Positions 63,884-64,000 of a stretch of DNA of 64,000 nucleotides are shown here, in pieces. Origin of the DNA: Basidiobolus meristosporus CBS 931.73 (Eukaryota > Fungi > Basidiobolomycota); contig MCFE01000234.1 in NCBI GenBank assembly GCA_002104905.1, positions 57,075-121,074 of the forward strand, given 5' to 3'. Made by a program: the position numbers and the translations under genes. The notes below the pieces were generated by a model. The model was not told the origin of the DNA. It saw nothing but the letters and a program-made list of their open reading frames with translations, and ran no database searches. The stretch's first letter is position 1. Each line of letters starts with the position of its first letter.

Positions 63884-64000
63884 GGTTAGGGTTAGGGTTA
63901 GGGTTAGGGTTAGGGTTAGGGTTAGGGTTAGGGTTAGGGTTAGGGTTAGGTTAGGGTTAGGGTTAGGGTTAGGGTTAGGGTTAGGTTAGGGTTAGGGTTA
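63884..64000 (+). repeat. Telomeric repeat (TTAGGG)n, chromosome end
   Basis: About 19 units, G-rich strand running to the end of the window, with two TTAGG variants. Confidence 0.97.

Noticed and set aside
63940-63990. TTAGG (insect-type) units in the terminal tract
   Set aside because: Two single-G deletions in GGG runs are better explained by sequencing homopolymer error or telomerase slippage.

Overview
This is the right-hand end of a eukaryotic chromosome with a terminal (TTAGGG)n tract at 63884-64000. The EF-2 sequence and 50-60 nt introns point to a fungus, probably an early-diverging lineage (inference). The window has five parts. (i) 1-28000 and 40850-49600 are CpG-depleted transposon graveyards: nested CMC/EnSpm-type DNA transposons with CCCTA termini, solo LTRs with 4-5 bp TSDs, a decayed Ty1/Copia element with a half-tRNA-iMet PBS, and a 732-bp foldback element. 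(ii) About 28100-40800 is a CpG-rich housekeeping island with CAF1/POP2, EF-2 and a NIPA-type Mg2+ transporter. (iii) About 49600-55700 is a subtelomeric accessory island with small secreted-protein genes and an intronless LuxI/FeeM-like GNAT acyltransferase. (iv) 56243-63883 is a head-to-tail array of telomere-associated retroelements, all with 5' ends toward the chromosome end. (v) The telomere follows. The array is the most striking system. It holds a full-length APE-RT LINE whose ORF1 and ORF2 are in one frame, separated by a single UGA in the UGA-CUA readthrough context, with no AUG before the endonuclease. It also holds 5'-truncated copies of two LINE lineages and a tRNA-Gly-derived SINE that shares the LINE 3' end and is capped directly by the telomere. 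The modules end in a conserved hairpin plus oligo(C)-CCCTAA rather than poly(A). All assignments come from reading motifs by eye; no database searches were run.
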